Positions 1 to 10,028 of a stretch of 64,000 bases of DNA are shown here, in pieces. The stretch spans positions 352,001 through 416,000 of the forward strand of contig JBPOFY010000001.1 in the NCBI GenBank assembly GCA_051252375.1. The letters run 5' to 3'. A program made the translations under genes and the position numbers. The notes beneath the pieces were generated by a model. The model was not told where the DNA came from. It was given only the letters and a program-made list of their open reading frames with translations, and made no database searches. Source of the DNA: Opitutaceae bacterium (lineage in GTDB: Bacteria; Verrucomicrobiota; Verrucomicrobiia; Opitutales; Coraliomargaritaceae). Each line of letters starts with the position of its first letter. Within the stretch, counting starts at the first letter, position 1.

Positions 1-308
1 ATCATTGCGAACAACACGGCCTTTCCCAAATCATCTATCTGCCCTTCAAGTTCTACGATTTCCTCCTGCGCCATTTCGCGCAATTCCTCTTCCATTGAAG
101 GATCTTCAAGCATCGCCTTATTTTCAACAATTTGCTCGTTGGCTGAATTATAGGCTTCGAACTTTTCGATCAAGCTGGTGACACGCTGATGTTCACGCCC
201 GACTTCAGCTGCCCGACGTTGGTCCGAGTAGAAATTTGGCTCCGAGATTTGAGCATCGAGTTCTTCGAGCTTTTCGCGAAACGGAGCAATGTCTGGAATG
301 TTGTGCAT
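1..308 (-). CDS. prfA: Peptide chain release factor 1, N-terminal part (runs off the window start)
   Basis: Not in the ORF track. Manual translation from ATG at 308 gives [41 protein letters not shown]...[11 protein letters not shown], the typical RF1 N-terminal helical domain. Confidence 0.85.
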   Translation of the reverse strand, partial: MHNIPDIAPFREKLEELDAQISEPNFYSDQRRAAEVGREHQRVTSLIEKFEAYNSANEQIVENKAMLEDPSMEEELREMAQEEIVELEGQIDDLGKAVLFAM

Positions 309-332
309 AATTTTGTCTAAAAAATATTTATT

Positions 333-361
333 AACCACGAAGGGCTCAAAGGCCACGAAGT
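333..361 (+). repeat. Left arm of a 29-bp imperfect inverted repeat flanking the GxxExxY gene
   Basis: AACCACGAAGGGCTCAAAGGCCACGAAGT matches the reverse complement of 735-763 at 25/29 positions. Confidence 0.8.
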
Positions 362-363
362 TA

Positions 364-766
364 TTAAATGACGTATCTTTTCAGCCCATCTTTTAAACGA
401 GCTTGGTTGAAGTTAATTAACAATCCAACACGAATTCCTGAAAGTTTTAGGTAGGTCAATATCTGAGCTTCGTGGACGGCATCTAGAACCTTCACCTTTG
501 AGCTCTACGATTAAACAATTATCAATAAGTATATCGACCCGGTAAGCTGCTTCTAATTGCTCGCCCTTATAGTCAATCGGCACAGGAGCCTGAGCAACAA
601 ACGGGATGTCTGCCAATTTCAACTCACGGCATAGACATGTCTCATAGGTCGATTCCAATAAACCCGGACCTAAATTTCGATGCACCTCTATCGCGCAACC
701 GATTACTCTCTTCGAAATTTCTTCAAATTCAGTGACTTCGTGCTCTCTGTGCCCTTCGTGGTTCAT
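364..766 (-). pseudogene. GxxExxY protein (PD-(D/E)XK-like fold), frameshifted near 496
   Basis: N-half has EVHRNLGPGLLESTYE and RVDILIDNCLIVELK. The family C-terminus ([37 protein letters not shown]) continues in another frame to TAA at 364-366. Confidence 0.85.
735..763 (-). repeat. Right arm of the inverted repeat; encodes the NHEGHREHE start of the GxxExxY ORF
   Basis: Minus strand reads AACCACGAAGGGCACAGAGAGCACGAAGT. Confidence 0.8.
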
Positions 767-835
767 TAATTACCGTGTTAGCTGAAATTCGTTGCAGTAA
801 AGCGGCTAGCTCATAACAGTCGAGGTCTGCCTGCA

Positions 836-1855
836 ATGACGAAAAAAAATCTACATCGCCAAAATGTCGTCGCCTGTATTTGGGATTTCGACAAGACACT
901 CATCCCCGGCTATATGCAGGCTCCGATCTTTGAAGCCTACGGGATCGATGAAGAAGCCTTTTGGAAAGAGGTCAATGCGCTTCCGGATATCTACGCGCAA
1001 CGTGGCACTCGCGTCTCTTACGACACGATCTACCTCAACCACCTCTTGAGCTTCGTTAAAAACGGCTGCCTCAAGGGACTGACCAATCAGCGCCTGCGCG
1101 AGCTCGGCAAGGATCTCGTCTTCTATAGCGGTCTGCCGGATCTCTTTGATCGATTGAAAGCGGTCACAGCCTCGCGACCCGAGTATATAAAGCACAATAT
1201 CACGCTGGAACACTATGTCATCAGCACCGGTCTCGCCGAAATGATCAAGGGCAGCCAAATCGCGCCCTATGTGGACGGTATATTCGGTTGTGAATTCATC
1301 GAGGCGCCCTTGCCGCCAAACTATTCTTCGCAAGATGAGCTCCCTCTCCACATGGAGTTCGAAATCAGCCAAATCGGCACCATCGTCGATAACACGATCA
1401 AGACTCGCTACATCTTCGAAATCAACAAAGGCACCAACAAAAACACCAAGATCGACGTCAATGCCTCCATGTCGCGCGTCGATCGACGCGTGCCCATCGA
1501 CCGCATGATCTATACCGCGGACGGTCCCAGCGACGTGCCTGTTTTCTCTGTCGTCAAAAGCAACGGCGGCAAAGCCTACGCAGTCTTCAACCCCGACAGT
1601 GAAGCTGAGTTTGCCCAGAATGACGCCCTGCTACATGCCGGTCGCATCCACGCCTACGGACCAGCCGACTACACCGAAAAGAGCACGACTTCTAAATGGC
1701 TTCGCATGCATGTGCGTCAAATTTGCGATAACATCGTCACCGAATGCGAAGAATCGCTCAATCAAAACGTAGGTCGCGCCCCTCGCCACCTTCACGAAGA
1801 CGACGAACCTGAGGCGGAAGCCGCGCCACAAAAGCCGCAGAAAGAGCTGTTCTAG
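836..1855 (+). CDS. HAD-superfamily hydrolase
   Basis: Motif I WDFDKTL, motif II ISTG, motif [10 protein letters not shown]. Confidence 0.8.
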   Translation: MTKKNLHRQNVVACIWDFDKTLIPGYMQAPIFEAYGIDEEAFWKEVNALPDIYAQRGTRVSYDTIYLNHLLSFVKNGCLKGLTNQRLRELGKDLVFYSGLPDLFDRLKAVTASRPEYIKHNITLEHYVISTGLAEMIKGSQIAPYVDGIFGCEFIEAPLPPNYSSQDELPLHMEFEISQIGTIVDNTIKTRYIFEINKGTNKNTKIDVNASMSRVDRRVPIDRMIYTADGPSDVPVFSVVKSNGGKAYAVFNPDSEAEFAQNDALLHAGRIHAYGPADYTEKSTTSKWLRMHVRQICDNIVTECEESLNQNVGRAPRHLHEDDEPEAEAAPQKPQKELF

Positions 1856-1976
1856 GTTCCCTTGCGACCAGGGGCATCTCCCTCCGCTGCTATATGTAAG
1901 GAAAAGCGGCTCAATATATGCATTTCGCCCTTTCAAAGGTCATAAGCTATGCTAAACTATATGTGAAGTAACTCTT

Positions 1977-2438
1977 ATGGATATTCTACCTACAATCATT
2001 CTCGGCGCGATCTGCGGTTTGATCGGTGCCTTTGCCATGAACCTTTTTATGCGCGGCGTCAGCACCGCCTACAGTAAGCGAGTCGATATGGTTCGCGCGC
2101 TTGGTAGCTTCTTCACTGGAAAACTGGAAAATGCCAGCGGTTTGGGCACTGCGATTCACAGCATCGCAGGGATCGTATTTGGGGTTGTTTACTTTCTCAT
2201 TATGAACGCGATGAACGCACTGATTTTCCCCTACGCCATTTTTCTCGGGCTCGGATTCGGCTTCTTCCACGGTCTCATTACTAGTTACGGCCTCATGTTT
2301 TACGCCTGCGAGCGGCACCCGATCGAAGAATACCGTAAAGCGACTCTAGAAGAAGGTCTTCTGCATCTCGTTGGCCATGTCATCTTCGGTGGCGTCGCCG
2401 GATTGCTCGGCGGTCTCATCGCCATGGGCATGCAATAA
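1977..2438 (+). CDS. Hypothetical membrane protein (about 4 TM helices)
   Basis: Gly-rich hydrophobic segments with His residues (IHSIAG, LLHLVGHVIFG). Confidence 0.7.
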   Translation: MDILPTIILGAICGLIGAFAMNLFMRGVSTAYSKRVDMVRALGSFFTGKLENASGLGTAIHSIAGIVFGVVYFLIMNAMNALIFPYAIFLGLGFGFFHGLITSYGLMFYACERHPIEEYRKATLEEGLLHLVGHVIFGGVAGLLGGLIAMGMQ

Positions 2439-2490
2439 GTAAACCAAGCGATAGGCTTTACATGTTCTGGCGATGCGTTAGACAGAATAC

Positions 2491-4047
2491 ATGAAACGTC
2501 TAACCACTCTACTCGCACTCTGCCTGAGCAGCTTCGCTCTCGCATTTACCGGCTGCCAAACTCAAGGCCCGTCCAAGACAATTGACCGCGGCTATACTGC
2601 GCCTCAGAGCCAACCTGCACAAACCCAATGGCAGGCCGCCCAAACTAGCAAGCCAGTCTCCGTCAAACAAGCGACTCGCGTGCAAGCGACCAAGAGTGCT
2701 TCGGATGTGATCTTAAAGACCAATCAAATCGAAGTCACCAAAACCGTGCTTGAGCCTGCATCCGTGGGCGGTTTGTTAAAATATCGCATCAGCATTAAAG
2801 CACTCGACGATGTCGGCACCGTCCGCGTCTCGGAGACCATTCCCGCTGGCATTCAATTTATCTCTTCCAATCCTGCCGTCTCATTCAACGGTAGCAGCGC
2901 CAACTGGACATTCCCCTCGATGAAGCGCGGGCAAACCCAAAACATCGACGTCACCGTCAAACCCGTTTCTGAAGGTGATCACCAGATCTGCTCCACCGTT
3001 TCGGTTGATAACGCGTTCTGCCTCGATATCTTTGCCGGTCAGCCAAAATTGAATGTCGTCAAAAAGGGCCCAGCCACCATCGAGCTTGGCGAAGAAGCCA
3101 CTTGGACCGTCAGCGTTAGCAATTCCGGCTCAGCCGATGCGACCAATGTTATCGTAACTGATAAGCTACCTGACGCCTTCACCCCAACCAGCAATCTCAG
3201 CCAAAACGTCGGCACTGTCGCCCCAGGCGAAACCAAGACCGTCACCTACAGCGCCAAAGCCGTTAAACAAGGTAACTTCACCAACCGCGCCGTCGCGACC
3301 TATGATGGCGGTCCTCCAGTCGCTGGCGAAAGCGGCACACCGATCGCCGTCGTTCAATCCGGTATCCGCGTGCGTAAAGTCGGCCCAGCCGAAGCCTACG
3401 TCTTCAAGCCAGTTACTTTCGACATCACGATTGAAAACACTGGTGACACCGACCTTCAAAATGTCCGCATCACCGACATCCTTCCAAAGGGTGCCTCCGT
3501 CGCCGACAACGGCAAAGGGCGCGTCAGCGGCAACGCTATCGGTTGGATGATTCCAAATCTCCCAGCCGGCGCCAGCCAGCTCATCCGCACCGAGATCTCT
3601 GCTACCCGCAAGGGCGAGTCCACCAACACAGTTAAAGTCGTCTCTGCCAATGGTCTCGAAGCCAGCGACAGCGTCACCACCAACTGGCTCGCAGTTCCCG
3701 GCGTCACGATCTCCATCACTGACAGTAAGGACCCAATCCGCGTCGGCGAAGCCACCACTTATAGCATCCAAGTGAAGAACCAAGGTGAGTTCGAGCCAGT
3801 CAGCGGCACCGTCACCCTCACCTTCAACGCGTCGATCCGGCCAACCGCCGTCGCAGGCGATGCCCAAGGTGTGATCAATGGTCAAACCGTCACCTTCCCA
3901 CGCACCACATTGGAGCCCGGTAAGGACACCAACCTGACCATCACCGCAGAAGGTGCTAAGATCGGTCCAGGACGCGCGATCATGGAGTTCAGCGCTGACT
4001 TCCTCAGTGATCCAATCATCAGCCAAGAAACGACCAACGTTTACTAA
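2491..4047 (+). CDS. DUF11-repeat lipoprotein (OmcB-like Ig repeats)
   Basis: Lipobox FTGC at residue 22; four repeats of the type K.GP...T.T+.+.N.G..DA.NV.+TD.LP. Confidence 0.8.
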   Translation: MKRLTTLLALCLSSFALAFTGCQTQGPSKTIDRGYTAPQSQPAQTQWQAAQTSKPVSVKQATRVQATKSASDVILKTNQIEVTKTVLEPASVGGLLKYRISIKALDDVGTVRVSETIPAGIQFISSNPAVSFNGSSANWTFPSMKRGQTQNIDVTVKPVSEGDHQICSTVSVDNAFCLDIFAGQPKLNVVKKGPATIELGEEATWTVSVSNSGSADATNVIVTDKLPDAFTPTSNLSQNVGTVAPGETKTVTYSAKAVKQGNFTNRAVATYDGGPPVAGESGTPIAVVQSGIRVRKVGPAEAYVFKPVTFDITIENTGDTDLQNVRITDILPKGASVADNGKGRVSGNAIGWMIPNLPAGASQLIRTEISATRKGESTNTVKVVSANGLEASDSVTTNWLAVPGVTISITDSKDPIRVGEATTYSIQVKNQGEFEPVSGTVTLTFNASIRPTAVAGDAQGVINGQTVTFPRTTLEPGKDTNLTITAEGAKIGPGRAIMEFSADFLSDPIISQETTNVY

Positions 4048-4068
4048 GGTCTAATCATTGCCATTTTC

Positions 4069-4100
4069 AAAAGCCGCTCGGGAGACCGAGCGGCTTTTTT
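4069..4100 (+). terminator. Intrinsic terminator
   Basis: AAAAGCCGCTCGG-GAGA-CCGAGCGGC-TTTTTT. Confidence 0.85.
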
Positions 4101-4141
4101 GTGAGCTTGCATTTTCGCACGTAATACATAGTTTTACAGCC

Positions 4142-4369
4142 ATGATCAAAAAGCTCTCCAAGATCGGCAATTCACGTGGCATCATTTTCGATGCGGCTCT
4201 GATGGAGCAGGCACACCTCAAAGAAGGTGACGAAGTGAATGTCACCGTGCATGAAGGTGGCTCGATCACATTGACTCCAATTCGTCGCAAGGTCACCACA
4301 GAGGAAGTGCTCGAGATCGCGGAGAAGTTTATGGATGAAAACGAAGGCCTCTTTCACCGTCTTTCTTAA
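4142..4369 (+). CDS. AbrB/MazE-family antitoxin
   Basis: MIKKLSKIGNSRGIIFD...LKEGDEV; stop overlaps the start of the Doc gene. Confidence 0.85.
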   Translation: MIKKLSKIGNSRGIIFDAALMEQAHLKEGDEVNVTVHEGGSITLTPIRRKVTTEEVLEIAEKFMDENEGLFHRLS

Positions 4370-4764
4370 TGGATGAGTATCTACATCCATCAGTAGACCA
4401 AGTAATCGCAATCCATGGCAAAGTCATCGCCAAGTCTGGTGGCTCTGATGGTATTCGCGATAAAGGCCTCCTTGAATCGGCTGTAGCTACGCCACAAGCA
4501 ACCATGTTTGGCGAGCCGATCTTTCAAGACGGCATCGAAATCGCAGCCGCTTACTTGTTCTACCTTTGCCAGAACCATCCCTTTATAGATGGCAATAAGC
4601 GAGTCGCTCTGTCGACATGCTTAGTCTTCCTCTCTGTAAATGGTCTTCTCTCGGAAACACGTCTCCATGAAGACACTTGGCTCGAGTTCATTCTAGATGT
4701 CGCAGCAAGTAAATATGACCGCGATGGCGTGACAACACAACTGCGGGAACTGCTTAGCAAATAG
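4369..4764 (+). CDS. doc: Fic/Doc family toxin (death-on-curing type)
   Basis: GIRDKGLLESA and the Doc motif HPFIDGNKR. Confidence 0.9.
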   Translation: MDEYLHPSVDQVIAIHGKVIAKSGGSDGIRDKGLLESAVATPQATMFGEPIFQDGIEIAAAYLFYLCQNHPFIDGNKRVALSTCLVFLSVNGLLSETRLHEDTWLEFILDVAASKYDRDGVTTQLRELLSK

Positions 4765-4799
4765 CTAACTATACAGAAAGCCAACTGCGCCAAAAAGAC

Positions 4800-5399
4800 T
4801 TAAGCGCCGTTCTCGCGAGCACTGATCCGCTTTTCAGCTTCCAGGATAATCGCTTCGCAACCCGCAAACTTATGGTCATCGAGGCAAAGGCGCTTCTGCT
4901 TACCATCCACCTCGTAAATTGCATAGGCGATGCCCTTTTTCTTCCACTTCTTGCGATCCATCGCGACGATGGAGTCGAGTTCTACCCGCTCTCCGGAAGC
5001 TCCAATCACGATCTCGCCCTCCGCTTGCACCGAACGTTTATGATTCCAGGCAATCCATAGACCAAACAAGCACGCGCCAGTCATCATCGTCCATCCGATC
5101 ACACGTTGCTCACGAATACCGCTTTCGGTCCGTTCTTTAGGTATTTTTGTGCCCTTATAGCCCGCCTCTTTCGCAAAACGCTGCCAGGCCAATTGCACAG
5201 AAGAGCTCTCCTCGTCTACAGCTTTGCCCGCTTCAATGAGTTCATCCTTAATCCGGACATACTCAGCATGCTGCTCAGCCCCTTTCGGCCAGTAGTAGTA
5301 GCCGTCACTAAGAAACCAGCTAGCCATACCGAAAATCATAAAAAACAAGAACAGCATGCGCTTCCGCCATTCTTTGGATATACGTGCATTCACCTCCAT
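4800..5399 (-). CDS. Hypothetical membrane protein (2 TM)
   Basis: Long ORF with two hydrophobic helices; start probably MEVNAR at 5399. Confidence 0.7.
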   Translation of the reverse strand: MEVNARISKEWRKRMLFLFFMIFGMASWFLSDGYYYWPKGAEQHAEYVRIKDELIEAGKAVDEESSSVQLAWQRFAKEAGYKGTKIPKERTESGIREQRVIGWTMMTGACLFGLWIAWNHKRSVQAEGEIVIGASGERVELDSIVAMDRKKWKKKGIAYAIYEVDGKQKRLCLDDHKFAGCEAIILEAEKRISARENGA

Positions 5400-5677
5400 G
5401 TGAATACATCTGCTCAAATCGTCGCCTGAGACAACCCCAGAATTGTAAAGACTCGTGACAGCTTTATCCTCTGGATATAAGTTCTAATTCTGCGTATTTT
5501 TATAAATTCTTTTTCAATAATGCAGTTTTGAACCAATACCTTGTCCTATATGGTATGTTGTTCTCCCATTTCCTCTCATCGCTGGTATGAATCGTATTCA
5601 AAACCCGCTGGGAGTCTAACCTTGCCTCACGAGGCAGAGTCCACTTTCTCAATTCTACTCTTTTAACCAAAAACATT

Positions 5678-7183
5678 ATGTCCGAAGCAACATCCGAAAT
5701 TGGCCTCATTGGCCTCGCAGTCATGGGCCAGAATCTGGCTCTCAACATCGCCGACCACGGCTTTCAAATTTCCGTTTACAACCGGACGACTTCCAAGATG
5801 GAAGAATTTGTCGCGGCGAATCCGAACACACCGGGCGGCCTCATCGGTCAAGCCGAGTTGAAAGACTTCGTCGCTTCGCTCAAGCGTCCACGTAAAGTCA
5901 TCATCCTCGTGCAAGCTGGCTGGGCCACTGATAAGGTGATCGAAGGTCTCGTAGAGCTCATGGAAGAAGGCGACATCATCATCGACGGCGGCAACGCTAA
6001 GTGGGACGACACCATCCGCCGCGAAAAAGAACTCACAGCAAAAGGTCTCCGCTTCATCGGTTCCGGCGTGTCCGGCGGTGAAGAAGGCGCACGTTTCGGT
6101 CCCTCCCTCATGCCTGGCGGTTCGCCTGAGGCATGGACACACCTTGAGCCCATCTGGAAAGCCATCGCCGCCAAAGTCGATCCCGACACTGGCAAGCCAC
6201 TCGAAGGTGCCGAGCCAGGTAAACCAGTCGAAGGCGGCTTCAGCTGCACCGCTTACATTGGCCCAGACGGCGCTGGTCACTACGTCAAGATGGTGCACAA
6301 CGGTATCGAATACGGCGACATGCAGATGATCTGCGAAGCCTACGACTTGATGCAAAATGTGCTCGGTCTCACTCCTGCTGATATGGGCGGTATCTTCGAC
6401 GAATGGAACAAGGGCGACCTTGATTCTTTCCTCATCGAGATCACGGCCGACATTCTCAAGCAAGTCGATCCCGTCACTGGCAAACCTTTCGTCGACATCG
6501 TGCTCGATACCGCTGGCCAAAAGGGCACCGGTAAATGGACGTCCGTCAACGCACTCGACATGGGCACACCCGCTCCAACCGTTGCAGAAGCCGTGTTCGC
6601 ACGCTGCCTCTCTGCAGTAAAGGACGAGCGTGTCGCCGCCGAAAAGATCCTCAAGGGTCCCGAAGCTGCTGCCTTCACTGGCGACAAAGCTGAGATGGTC
6701 GAAGCGATCCGCGAAGCGCTCTACGCATCCAAGATCTGCTCCTACGCGCAAGGCTTCCAACTCATGGCCTACGCACAGGAAGAATATAACTGGACACTCA
6801 ACTTCGGCGAGATCGCTCAGATCTTCCGTGGTGGTTGCATCATCCGTGCAGCATTCCTGCAAAAGATCACCGAAGCCTACGAGCGCGATCCAAAGCTAGC
6901 TAACTTGCTACTCGATCCATACTTCTCAGAAGCAATCCACAAGGCACAAGCTAGCTGGCGTAAAGTCGTGGCACTTGCCGCCACACACGGCGTCGCCATC
7001 CCGACCTTCAGCTCCGCGCTCTCTTACTACGATGGCTACCGCAGCTCGCGTCTGCCGCAAAATCTCTTGCAAGCACAACGCGACTACTTCGGTGCTCACA
7101 CTTACGAGCGCACCGACGAGCCACGTGGCAAGTTCTACCACATCGACTGGCCGAAGGCAGACCGCCCACAATTGGAGATGTAG
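5678..7183 (+). CDS. gndA: 6-phosphogluconate dehydrogenase, NADP-dependent, decarboxylating
   Basis: [46 protein letters not shown]. Confidence 0.97.
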   Translation: MSEATSEIGLIGLAVMGQNLALNIADHGFQISVYNRTTSKMEEFVAANPNTPGGLIGQAELKDFVASLKRPRKVIILVQAGWATDKVIEGLVELMEEGDIIIDGGNAKWDDTIRREKELTAKGLRFIGSGVSGGEEGARFGPSLMPGGSPEAWTHLEPIWKAIAAKVDPDTGKPLEGAEPGKPVEGGFSCTAYIGPDGAGHYVKMVHNGIEYGDMQMICEAYDLMQNVLGLTPADMGGIFDEWNKGDLDSFLIEITADILKQVDPVTGKPFVDIVLDTAGQKGTGKWTSVNALDMGTPAPTVAEAVFARCLSAVKDERVAAEKILKGPEAAAFTGDKAEMVEAIREALYASKICSYAQGFQLMAYAQEEYNWTLNFGEIAQIFRGGCIIRAAFLQKITEAYERDPKLANLLLDPYFSEAIHKAQASWRKVVALAATHGVAIPTFSSALSYYDGYRSSRLPQNLLQAQRDYFGAHTYERTDEPRGKFYHIDWPKADRPQLEM

Positions 7184-7234
7184 TCGTGGGAGATATGTGA
7201 TCCGAGCTGCGGGGCACGAGATAGACAAATTTTC

Positions 7235-7266
7235 AAAAGCCGTTCGGGAAACCGGGCGGCTTTTTT
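7235..7266 (+). terminator. Intrinsic terminator after gndA
   Basis: AAAAGCCGTTCGG-GAAA-CCGGGCGGC-TTTTTT. Confidence 0.85.
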
Positions 7267-7381
7267 GTGTATCGAGTGAATCAGATTCGCTGTAACACCT
7301 CAGATTACTCACTTAACATTCATTTCATAAAACAAAATAGATCGCTTGTAAGTGTCTACTTTTTATAAAGATTCTTATCTT

Positions 7382-8530
7382 ATGCCTACCAACTTGTTCT
7401 ATTCAGAACTTCCGGCTTTTCAGAAGTTTAATCAGTTTACCGACGATAGTTTTTATCAGGCACTCCCATCTGATTGGTCTATATTAATATCAGACGTCGC
7501 GGGTTCGACAAAGGCGATCGAGGCAGGTCGATATAAAGATGTGAATCTAGTCGGTGCTGCCACAATCTGTGCCGCTAGAAACACATTGGCTGAGCACAAC
7601 TTCCCCTTCGTCTTTGGTGGTGATGGTGCCACCTTTGCCTTTCACAATGCATATAAGGAATCGGTTGTTGAGGCAATGACTGCGTTGCAACGTATGTCAG
7701 AGTCGAATTTCAATTTATCTCTCAGAATCGGTCTGGTATCTGTTGAAGAAATAAACAAAGCCGGTGGAATCGTTGAAGTCGCCAAATACGAGCTTATTAA
7801 AAACAAGCACTTGGCTCTCTTTCGTGGTGGCGGTCTCACTCTGGCAGAAAAATGGATTAAGGGATCGGAAGCCTATCATGTAAGTTCAACCAATTCATCA
7901 GAAGCTAAACTCAGCGGTCTATCTTGTCGCTGGAACCCGATACCTAATGCAAACGGCACTATGCTTTCTTTGCTGATTCAAGCAACAGAACAGCAGAACA
8001 ATAGTATCTACACTCTGGTTTTAGAAAAACTGGATCACATCTGCGATAGACAACTGGAGGCTACGAATCCGGTCAACGTGTCAGCAATGCACTATCAGAA
8101 TCTACGAGAGTGTATCCAACAGGAAAGCCGCTTACACATGCGTAAATGGACCTTTAAGCACCTCTATCGCATAATTGAAACCTGTTTCTGTATTCTAGTC
8201 TTTCGAATAAAAATGCCTGCATTGATTTTCAAGTCTAAGGTCTACGTAAACTCCATACCTGCGCATGCCGATTACAGAAAATTTGACGATATTCTACGTA
8301 TGGTGATCGACGTCACCCACAAACAACGTGATGAAATATTTGCGACACTTGAGAGTTTACGAAACCAAGGACTGATTCATTACGGCATTCATGAATCAAA
8401 AGAGGCTTTGATGACTTGCTACGTCGATGATGTCCATGAAGGGAACCATGTTCATTTTATAGATGGAGCCGACGGTGGATATGCGATGGCTGCCAAACAA
8501 CTAAAGAAACAAATACATAAGACTGTATAA
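7382..8530 (+). CDS. DUF3095 family protein
   Basis: DVAGSTKAIEAGRYKDVNLVGAA, PFVFGGDGAT, GLSCRW, DYRKFDD, HVHFIDGADGGYAMAA. Confidence 0.85.
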   Translation: MPTNLFYSELPAFQKFNQFTDDSFYQALPSDWSILISDVAGSTKAIEAGRYKDVNLVGAATICAARNTLAEHNFPFVFGGDGATFAFHNAYKESVVEAMTALQRMSESNFNLSLRIGLVSVEEINKAGGIVEVAKYELIKNKHLALFRGGGLTLAEKWIKGSEAYHVSSTNSSEAKLSGLSCRWNPIPNANGTMLSLLIQATEQQNNSIYTLVLEKLDHICDRQLEATNPVNVSAMHYQNLRECIQQESRLHMRKWTFKHLYRIIETCFCILVFRIKMPALIFKSKVYVNSIPAHADYRKFDDILRMVIDVTHKQRDEIFATLESLRNQGLIHYGIHESKEALMTCYVDDVHEGNHVHFIDGADGGYAMAAKQLKKQIHKTV

Positions 8531-8535
8531 ACTTT

Positions 8536-9993
8536 TTAGAGTTTCTTAACCGCTGCGATGAAAATACCTTCTTCGTTCACTTTATCGAACTGCATAATAT
8601 AGACATGACCTTCATGTCTAAACTGCCAAATATCACCAACATTAAGAACAATATCCTCCAGAATTAATTTCGTCACCGGTGTCGCTCCTTTACCTTTAAA
8701 CCATGCTCGATATGGGATCGACTCAGCAACACGTTCCCACTCTTCCTGCCCATTGATTCCCAAAGGCAATTGCAAAACCCATACTCCTATTTTTTTTGAA
8801 CTGTAAGTCGAGCGATCTGGGATAACTACTTTCTCGTCTCCGTCTTCTTTTTCAATCAAGAGAGACCCTGTTGGAAAATCAATCACTGGTGTTTCATCTT
8901 CAATCGTTGTATCGATAATTTCGATATGTTGTTCCGGAAGTTTATGCCCCACCCACTTCGCTTTGGGTAGCTGTATATCAGATAGGCCTGAAAAAAGTTT
9001 ACGCCCTTCAGGTAACGATTTCTTTAAGTCATCTAGTTCCGCGCGCGCTTTTTCCAAACCCTCTTCCAACTCACCGCTGCCAACTATCTGTAACAAACTA
9101 TTGAAGATTTCTTGTTCTCGTTCTGAAAATTCTGCGTTTTGTAAATTTTGACTAATTTGACGAATCGAATCGGCGGAAGACGGAATCGACTCCTCAGGAA
9201 TCTCGCCCTTTTGATCGATTCCAAACTCACCATTCAGTTCACGCATGAAACTTCCCAAGTTCGCTAGATCTTCAGGTTTCGCATTTTTAAGATTGCTCAA
9301 GGAGTAACGGTTCTCAGCCAAGCCTTGCTCTTCTAAAAATTCAGCCATTGCTTGTCGATATTCAGCAAGCTCATCATCGGTCATACTTTCCATCAATCGC
9401 TTACGCTCTTTATATACCTCTATACCAGAAGCAAAATCACGTGATAGTTTTTCTTTTTCATCATCCGATGTAAAAAACGTCAGTGCTGCTAAGGCCTTTT
9501 GCCAAATAGTCGGATCGTCTGCGCTCTTTTTAAAGTTCTTCGCCTGCTCCATTAGTTGAGCAGTTTGTTCGGATGCAAAACCAGCATACTCTGCAAAGCG
9601 CTGTCCTTCAGGCATCAAGTAGAGCGATAATTTTGGCACCCCATAGGCCGTTCCAAATAACATACCAACTACGACTATCGCACTACACAAGGAACCCAAA
9701 AGTGGCACCGCATATTGCCAATAGATTAATATAATGGCTGTGATCAAAACACTGACTGCCATCAACCCAAACAGTAAGTCGGGGGTAACTCCGGGTAAAA
9801 ACTCCGCTATACGGCGTTCCAGAAACATCTTCACCACCGTCATCATAAAGATGATGAATAAACCACCGACTAAGCGAAAATCGACATGCGCCCGTGAAAA
9901 TATTTTAACTATGAACGAAACCAGAAAACCCATCAAAAAAATCGATGCCAAATGAAGCAGCGCATCTAAGGCGAGGACCAGGTATTCGTTCAT
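8536..9993 (-). CDS. Hypothetical protein (N-terminal multi-TM region plus soluble helical domain)
   Basis: 485-aa ORF; about 4 TM segments then an acidic helical region; no recognised motif. Confidence 0.7.
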   Translation of the reverse strand: MNEYLVLALDALLHLASIFLMGFLVSFIVKIFSRAHVDFRLVGGLFIIFMMTVVKMFLERRIAEFLPGVTPDLLFGLMAVSVLITAIILIYWQYAVPLLGSLCSAIVVVGMLFGTAYGVPKLSLYLMPEGQRFAEYAGFASEQTAQLMEQAKNFKKSADDPTIWQKALAALTFFTSDDEKEKLSRDFASGIEVYKERKRLMESMTDDELAEYRQAMAEFLEEQGLAENRYSLSNLKNAKPEDLANLGSFMRELNGEFGIDQKGEIPEESIPSSADSIRQISQNLQNAEFSEREQEIFNSLLQIVGSGELEEGLEKARAELDDLKKSLPEGRKLFSGLSDIQLPKAKWVGHKLPEQHIEIIDTTIEDETPVIDFPTGSLLIEKEDGDEKVVIPDRSTYSSKKIGVWVLQLPLGINGQEEWERVAESIPYRAWFKGKGATPVTKLILEDIVLNVGDIWQFRHEGHVYIMQFDKVNEEGIFIAAVKKL

Positions 9994-10028
9994 AAATTTG
10001 AAGCTCTGAGTTTTCTATAAAGTGTCTG

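Noticed and set aside
3166..4026. 286-aa minus-strand ORF
   Set aside because: Antisense shadow of the DUF11 lipoprotein.
4058..4141. N-terminal extension of the AbrB ORF
   Set aside because: It reads through the terminator hairpin; the real start is ATG at 4142.
5663..6862. 399-aa minus-strand ORF
   Set aside because: Antisense shadow of gndA caused by codon bias; no motifs.
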